Below, in pieces: positions 58,861 through 64,000 of a stretch of 64,000 nucleotides of DNA. This DNA comes from an uncultured Campylobacter sp. (lineage in GTDB: Bacteria; Campylobacterota; Campylobacteria; Campylobacterales; Campylobacteraceae): positions 308-64,307 of the forward strand of contig CAUSAR010000002.1 of assembly GCA_963529735.1 (NCBI GenBank), given 5' to 3'. Under the pieces are notes generated by a model. The model was given only the letters and a program-made list of their open reading frames with translations. It made no database searches and had not been told where the DNA came from. Every line of letters begins with the position of its first letter. Position 1 is the first letter of the stretch. Both the position numbers and the translations under genes were made by a program.

Positions 58861-59997
58861 ATGCCGCTTTTAAAGAAAAAGAAATTTTGGTTTAATGTCC
58901 ATTTGATTTTAAGTCTAGCCTGTGTTTTGCCGCTGCTTATAGTCGCTCTTAGCGGCGCGGTCATATCCTATCACGACGAGATTATAGACCTTGCAAACTC
59001 GCAAAAAACCTTCGTCGAGCGAGGCGAAAAAGAGCTTAGCACGAGAGAAATTTTAGATATTTTTAAAGCTAAGGAACCAAATTTTACGCTTAGCTATTAC
59101 AAGATTAACTCGGACGTAAACCACGCTCTAGGCGTATCCGGCACGGATGCTAAAGGCGAGTTTAAGTCGTATTTTATAAATCAATACACGGGCGAAATAA
59201 CGGGCGAAAATTTCGGCGATAAATTTATCGGACTAATGTTAAATTTGCATACTAACTTAGGCTTCGGGCTTAGCGAAAACGAGACGCTACGGCTTATAGG
59301 CAAGCATATAGTTGCGGTTTGCTCTATCGCTTTGGTAGTCTTGGTTGTATCTGGATTGATAATCTATTATCCTAGTTTTAAAACTAAATTTATGCGCGCG
59401 TTTACTTTAAAAATCAAGGCCAAAGGCTATGCGTTTTTATACAGCCTGCATGGATTTGCGGGCGTTTACCTTTGCTTATTTTTGGCTTTTATGAGCGTTA
59501 CGGGACTTTACTGGTCGTACGACTGGGCGGCAAAGCTTGTAAATAACGCGCTTGGCGAAAAAGAAATTTTTAGAAAAAAGAGCTTTACGCAGGTGAGGGG
59601 ATTTTCGCTAAAGGACGAGGCTAAGATAGCAAATTTAGAGGCCGCGATAGATATTTTTAAACGAGATAGAGAGGATTACGAGCTTTTTAACGTCATCACG
59701 CAAGAAGACGGCGAAAATTTTATGATATTTTACTTTGACAAAGGACTGGAAGAGGACGATAAGGTAAATACGATGACGATAAACGCCGCCAAGAGGCAAA
59801 TTATCAGGCACGCGAGGTTTGACGACGCTAAAAGCTCGATGCCTAGGCCTTTTGCGATTCATAAGGCGATTTTGAGCTTGCATTCGGGATATTTTTTGGG
59901 CGAGATCGGTAAATTTATATTTTGTTTAGCTTCGGCATCGGTTTTGTTTTTCGTTATAAGCGGCTTTTGGATGAGCTTAAAACGGCTCAAAAGATAA
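58861..59997 (+). CDS. PepSY-associated TM-helix protein (PiuB-like, iron-uptake associated)
   Basis: KKKFWFNVHLILSL, the repeated TM-plus-periplasmic PepSY layout and LHSGYFLGEIGK are present. The ATG at 58861 follows an AAGGAG. Confidence 0.8.
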   Translation: MPLLKKKKFWFNVHLILSLACVLPLLIVALSGAVISYHDEIIDLANSQKTFVERGEKELSTREILDIFKAKEPNFTLSYYKINSDVNHALGVSGTDAKGEFKSYFINQYTGEITGENFGDKFIGLMLNLHTNLGFGLSENETLRLIGKHIVAVCSIALVVLVVSGLIIYYPSFKTKFMRAFTLKIKAKGYAFLYSLHGFAGVYLCLFLAFMSVTGLYWSYDWAAKLVNNALGEKEIFRKKSFTQVRGFSLKDEAKIANLEAAIDIFKRDREDYELFNVITQEDGENFMIFYFDKGLEEDDKVNTMTINAAKRQIIRHARFDDAKSSMPRPFAIHKAILSLHSGYFLGEIGKFIFCLASASVLFFVISGFWMSLKRLKR

Positions 59998-60037
59998 ATT
60001 TGATAAAATCGCTCGAAAAAACTGAAAAAGGCTAAAT

Positions 60038-60796
60038 ATGCGAGTGATTTTAGATGGATTTGACGGCTCTTTTTTGCCGATTTTGCAAAGCTTTAAGGCT
60101 GTGATGCCAAGCCTGCGTATAACTGGTATCGAGGAGCTTGGCGAGAGCGTAAACGAGAGGACGTCAAGTCTAGAAAACAGCGACGCCATAAACGTAAGCG
60201 AGCTTTTTGCGCGCCAATACGAGCGGGATGAGCTTTTATCGGACAGCTCTTTGTTTTTGCAAGATAATAAATTTGACGGGAGCGGCGAGAGTGCGGCGGT
60301 CAAATTTGATGAAAACGTTAAATTTGAAAATGCGCGCCAGGCGATTGACGACTCTAAATTTGTGCCAAATTTGGTGGCTAAGAGCGAGCAAAAAACCGCT
60401 TCCGTATGGGGGCAAAATTTGCAAGATGGGCGGGGCTCTGCGCCGTATGAGGACGGCAGTCGGCAAGAAAAGGCGATTTTCCAAACGGGCCCTTTGAGCG
60501 AAGCGCCTAAAACTACGGCTCTAGCCGAAAGCACGCAAGCTACCGCTCCGCGCGAAACTCTTGTTTTTGACAGAGCTACGCAAACGACACCGTCTAATAA
60601 AATACCCGCTTCTAATGAAGCCCTAAAAACGGCCGCTTCGGACGCATCTGCGCAGGCTGTGCTATTTGATTTTAACGAATCTGCTCAAAATTTGCCGCCG
60701 CGCGCCGAGCCAAAATCCGCTTCTGAGCGTAAAAAGCATGAAAGCGCGAGCCTGTTTACCGACGAAGAGGTGAGGGCGATACTGGAGCTAAAATAA
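60038..60796 (+). CDS. Hypothetical acidic low-complexity protein (coding status uncertain)
   Basis: 252-aa ORF with an AAAGG RBS. It contains AAATTT-type repeat DNA read as VKFD/VKFE. A competing antisense ORF exists. Confidence 0.4.
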   Translation: MRVILDGFDGSFLPILQSFKAVMPSLRITGIEELGESVNERTSSLENSDAINVSELFARQYERDELLSDSSLFLQDNKFDGSGESAAVKFDENVKFENARQAIDDSKFVPNLVAKSEQKTASVWGQNLQDGRGSAPYEDGSRQEKAIFQTGPLSEAPKTTALAESTQATAPRETLVFDRATQTTPSNKIPASNEALKTAASDASAQAVLFDFNESAQNLPPRAEPKSASERKKHESASLFTDEEVRAILELK

Positions 60797-61013
60797 AAGG
60801 CTCAAATTTGACGAGCCAAGCGGTTAAATTTGATGGAAAATGAAGCAAAACACGCAAATTTTGTCGCACCGTAAAAGCAAAAATTCGTAGTTTTAAAATT
60901 TAAATAAAAATTTTAAGCCTAAGCGTCAAATTTTTCCGCTAAGCTAGCGATATTTAGCTATATCTTAACTATTTTTCGTTAAAATCGACAATTAAAAATT
61001 CTCGGAAAAAAAG

Positions 61014-61481
61014 ATGGAAAAGAAATATAGACCAAACGTCGCGGCGGTCATACTTGCGCCCTCTTATCCGTTTGATTGCAGGATATTTATCGCGCAAAGA
61101 TGCGATATGACGGGTATCTGGCAGTTTCCCCAGGGCGGTATAGACGAGGGCGAAACGCCGCGCGAGGCTCTAAAAAGAGAGCTCAAAGAGGAGATAGGCA
61201 CGGACGACGTGGATGTGCTTAGCGAGTATCCGCAGTGGCTTAGCTACGACTTCCCTGAGGGTACGACGAGCAGGAAATTTTATAACTTTGACGGGCAGAC
61301 GCAAAAGTATTTTTTGGTGCGGCTAAGACCTAGTGCGAAGATAAATATAAACACCAAAAAGCCCGAATTTGACGAATATAGATTTATAAACTCAAGCGAG
61401 GTTTTGAGCGACGTAAACCACTTCAAAAAGCCGATCTACAGTAAGGTTATCGGCTACTTTAAAGAGAAAGGATTTATTTAA
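61014..61481 (+). CDS. rppH: RNA pyrophosphohydrolase (NUDIX)
   Basis: YRPNVAAVIL and the Nudix box GGIDEGETPREALKRELKEEIG are present. The Nudix box is unambiguous. The rppH assignment is supported by its position upstream of lysC, matching C. jejuni nudH-lysC. Confidence 0.88.
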   Translation: MEKKYRPNVAAVILAPSYPFDCRIFIAQRCDMTGIWQFPQGGIDEGETPREALKRELKEEIGTDDVDVLSEYPQWLSYDFPEGTTSRKFYNFDGQTQKYFLVRLRPSAKININTKKPEFDEYRFINSSEVLSDVNHFKKPIYSKVIGYFKEKGFI

Positions 61482-62680
61482 TGTTAATCGTCCAAAAATA
61501 CGGCGGCACGAGCGTTGGGACGCTTGAGAGGATAGAAAACGTCGCCGCGAGAGTGATAGAAACTAAAAAAAGCGGCGCGGACGTCGTAGTCGTGGTCTCG
61601 GCTATGAGCGGCGTAACTAATCAGCTGGTGGACTACGCCGAGCATTATACGAAGGCTCCCGACGGCGTGGCGATGGATATGCTGCTTAGCTCCGGCGAGC
61701 GCGTTACCTGCGCACTTTTAACGATAGCGCTGATAAATTTAGGCTATCCTGCGGTGGGTCTAAGCGGTAGGCTAGCGGGCATCATCACCGATAGCGTACA
61801 TACTAAGGCTAGGATCGAGGCGATAGATACTAAGCGTATGAAAGAGGAGTTAAAGGCGGGTAAGATCGTCGTCGTAGCGGGCTTTCAGGGTATAGACGAA
61901 AAGGGCGACGTGACGACGCTCGGACGAGGCGGTAGCGATCTTAGCGCCGTGGCGATAGCAGGCGCTCTAGATGCGGATCTTTGCGAGATTTATACTGACG
62001 TAGACGGAGTTTATACCACCGATCCTCGCATAGAGCCAAAGGCTAAAAAGCTGGATAAAATCAGCTACGACGAGATGTTAGAGCTTGCGAGCCTAGGCGC
62101 AAAAGTGCTGCAAAACCGCTCGGTCGAGCTAGCTAAAAAGCTAAACGTAAATTTGGTCACCAGAAGCAGCTTTAATCACAACGAAGGAACACTAATAACA
62201 AAGGAAGAGAGTATGGAAGCAGTACTAGTAAGCGGTATCGCGCTAGATAAAAACCAAGCTAGAGTAACTTTAAGAGGCGTGGTCGATAAGCCGGGTATCG
62301 CGGCAGAGATTTTCACCGCGCTTGCAGAAAAAAACATAAACGTAGATATGATAATCCAAAACGTAGGTCAGGATGGCACGACAAATTTGGGCTTTACTAT
62401 ACCGCAAAATGAGCTTCACGTCGCAAAAGAGTGTATGGATAAGCTAAGCGCGTCTAGGGAAATTTTATACAACGATGAGATAGTTAAGGTCTCCGTCGTG
62501 GGCGTAGGTATGAAAAGCCACACGGGAGTTGCTTCGCTAGCATTCCAGACGCTGGCAAACGAGGGTATAAATATCCAAATGATCTCGACTAGCGAGATAA
62601 AAATCTCGATGATCGTTGATCAAAAATACGGCGAGCTAGCAGTTCGCGCACTACACGAAGCTTATAAACTCGATAAATGA
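61481..62680 (+). CDS. lysC: Aspartate kinase
   Basis: The VQKYGGTSVG N-terminus, GRGGSDLSAV and C-terminal tandem ACT domains are present. Confidence 0.96.
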   Translation: MLIVQKYGGTSVGTLERIENVAARVIETKKSGADVVVVVSAMSGVTNQLVDYAEHYTKAPDGVAMDMLLSSGERVTCALLTIALINLGYPAVGLSGRLAGIITDSVHTKARIEAIDTKRMKEELKAGKIVVVAGFQGIDEKGDVTTLGRGGSDLSAVAIAGALDADLCEIYTDVDGVYTTDPRIEPKAKKLDKISYDEMLELASLGAKVLQNRSVELAKKLNVNLVTRSSFNHNEGTLITKEESMEAVLVSGIALDKNQARVTLRGVVDKPGIAAEIFTALAEKNINVDMIIQNVGQDGTTNLGFTIPQNELHVAKECMDKLSASREILYNDEIVKVSVVGVGMKSHTGVASLAFQTLANEGINIQMISTSEIKISMIVDQKYGELAVRALHEAYKLDK

Positions 62681-63219
62681 GTGATTTTATAAAATGGACG
62701 CTCGAGGCGATCCGCGAGGAGGGCTCGCTGATGAGCTGGATGGAGGAGAGGCGCACCGAGTGGACGCCTCTACTAGCCTCGAAGCTTAAATTTTTACTCG
62801 AAGGGCGCGCGTTTATCTTGATAACAGATAGCGAGCGTGGCTGGTTTGAAGAGTATTTTTTAAAAAATATAAACAAACCGACAAACGCCCGTCCCGTGCT
62901 ACCTTTTTTCTCGCTAAAGGCGCTTTATCCGTCTTTTGAAAATATCGGCTCAAAAGAGGAAGTCTCGCTACTTTTAGATATGCTTAGCCTTGCTTTTCCA
63001 AACGGCTACGTATTTTTTTACGTCGGCAAAAGTGCCGAAAAAAGCTCGCAGATAGCCAAAGGCAAGGACGATAGCTACATGTGGCTTTTTGACGAGCAGG
63101 CGCAAAATAGCTTTTATCTCAGCTCCTCCGACGGCGTGCTAGATATCAAGCTCTTATCGCTGTTTAGGCTTTTTGATAAGAGCATAGACGCCGCTCTATT
63201 TGCGAAAGTAGCACTCTAA
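62677..63219 (+). CDS. hobA: DnaA-binding replication initiation factor HobA
   Basis: 180 aa lying between lysC and holB, as in H. pylori. It resembles HobA as I recall it (ILITDSERGWF, YMWLFDE, LDIKLLSLFRLFDKS). Confidence 0.75.
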   Translation: MSDFIKWTLEAIREEGSLMSWMEERRTEWTPLLASKLKFLLEGRAFILITDSERGWFEEYFLKNINKPTNARPVLPFFSLKALYPSFENIGSKEEVSLLLDMLSLAFPNGYVFFYVGKSAEKSSQIAKGKDDSYMWLFDEQAQNSFYLSSSDGVLDIKLLSLFRLFDKSIDAALFAKVAL

Positions 63220-63222
63220 TCT

Positions 63223-63843
63223 ATGCAAAGCAAAATCGTAATCACGAGCGATTTTGAAGCCTTAAAAGAGGAAATTTTAGGGCTTTACGGCATAAATTCG
63301 GTTAGATTTTTTTTCGTCGAGGACTTTTTGCTAGAAAACGCAAAAGAGGTCGCCGCCGAGGCCTACATCGCGGAGAGCGAGCCTAAGCTGCTAGTTTTAG
63401 GCGCTAAAAACTTCCGCGTCGAGGCTCAAAACTCTCTACTAAAAATCATCGAAGAGCCGCCTAAAAATATCTTTTTTATCATAGCTTGCGAGTCGAAAAA
63501 TATGCTCCTGCCGACCGTTCGTTCGCGCCTAGTTACCGAAAACAGGCTCGAAAAAAAGCAGCGCGAAAAAACGGGGTTAGATTACAAACGTCTCGAGCTA
63601 AAAGAAATTTGCGCGTTTATCGATGAAAAATCAGCTCTCGAACGCTCCGAAAAGCTTGGCAAAAACGACCTAAAAGAGCTAATCGCCGCAATAGCTCTCG
63701 AGGCTACGGCGCAGGGGGTTAAATTTAGCGCCGAAGAGCTTGAGTATTTTTTCAAAGCCGTGCGCCTAGCCGAGCTAAACACTAAAACTCACGCGCTTCT
63801 TACACCGATACTTCTTATGATTTACGAAAAAGGGCTTAGATGA
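63223..63843 (+). CDS. holB: DNA polymerase III delta' subunit
   Basis: 206 aa with NSLLKIIEEPPKN..FIIA..LLPTVRSR clamp-loader motifs. The position is conserved. Confidence 0.8.
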   Translation: MQSKIVITSDFEALKEEILGLYGINSVRFFFVEDFLLENAKEVAAEAYIAESEPKLLVLGAKNFRVEAQNSLLKIIEEPPKNIFFIIACESKNMLLPTVRSRLVTENRLEKKQREKTGLDYKRLELKEICAFIDEKSALERSEKLGKNDLKELIAAIALEATAQGVKFSAEELEYFFKAVRLAELNTKTHALLTPILLMIYEKGLR

Positions 63844-64000
63844 AAATTTTTAAAATTAATCCGCAAACTGATTTTAACGAGATTTGCGAGATTATTCGTC
63901 CTAGCGACGAGGGGCGAAGTTTGATGAAAAAAAAGTCGACGATCGACTTTTTTTTGATTAAAGATTTACGCTCGCCTGCCGCAAATATCCTAAAACAAGA
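63840..64000 (+). CDS. folP: Probable dihydropteroate synthase, N-terminal fragment (continues past the window)
   Basis: An ATG at 63840 overlaps the holB stop (ATGA). The frame (MKIFKINPQTDFNEICEII...) is open to the window end. The call rests on the hobA-holB-folP synteny of epsilonproteobacteria. Confidence 0.5.
   Translation, partial: MKIFKINPQTDFNEICEIIRPSDEGRSLMKKKSTIDFFLIKDLRSPAANILKQ

Noticed and set aside
59977-60534. 185-aa minus-strand ORF and two further ORFs overlapping 60038-60796
   Set aside because: They have no RBS and low-complexity, Ser/Leu-rich products. I kept the plus-strand ORF only at low confidence. The whole interval may be partly non-coding repeat DNA.

Overview
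The window reads as a chromosomal segment of a non-jejuni Campylobacter. This is inferred from gene content and from block synteny with C. jejuni as I recall it: rpsP-rimM-trmD-rplS, aspA-dcuA, hemH/alaS/maf/pbpA, lon/bamD-like/fliW, holA-rnr/ilvC/dprA/ruvX, queA-tatC-tatB-hemW, and rppH-lysC-hobA-holB-folP. About 60 CDS are supported, and most are core housekeeping genes. I recognised no rRNA, tRNA, CRISPR array, IS element or integrase. Four things stand out. (1) A tightly coupled minus-strand operon (28343-34619) joins fliW to a 1280-aa signal-peptide protein and three prepilin-type proteins. No pilus or T2SS machinery lies nearby. This is my best candidate for an undescribed system: a pseudopilus tip or priming module, possibly tied to the Cts DNA-uptake machine. 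The giant gene is also compositionally mosaic. (2) A low-GC (about 25-30% in sampled lines) decayed accessory islet lies between lon and rpsR (about 37900-40450). It holds an in-frame-stop bPH-like gene and frameshifted LysM/RTX-like fragments. (3) The palindromic hexamer AAATTT (a RAATTY site) is strongly over-represented in intergenic spacers. The same motif appears inside two low-complexity coding regions. (4) Smaller oddities include an 866-bp non-coding tract upstream of aspA, an internally duplicated membrane protein, a membrane protein with degenerate kinase-ATPase and pseudo-receiver features, and a Fur-box/AraC/TonB-receptor/PepSY iron module. All calls rest on reading the sequence and ORF translations by eye. 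No database search was run.
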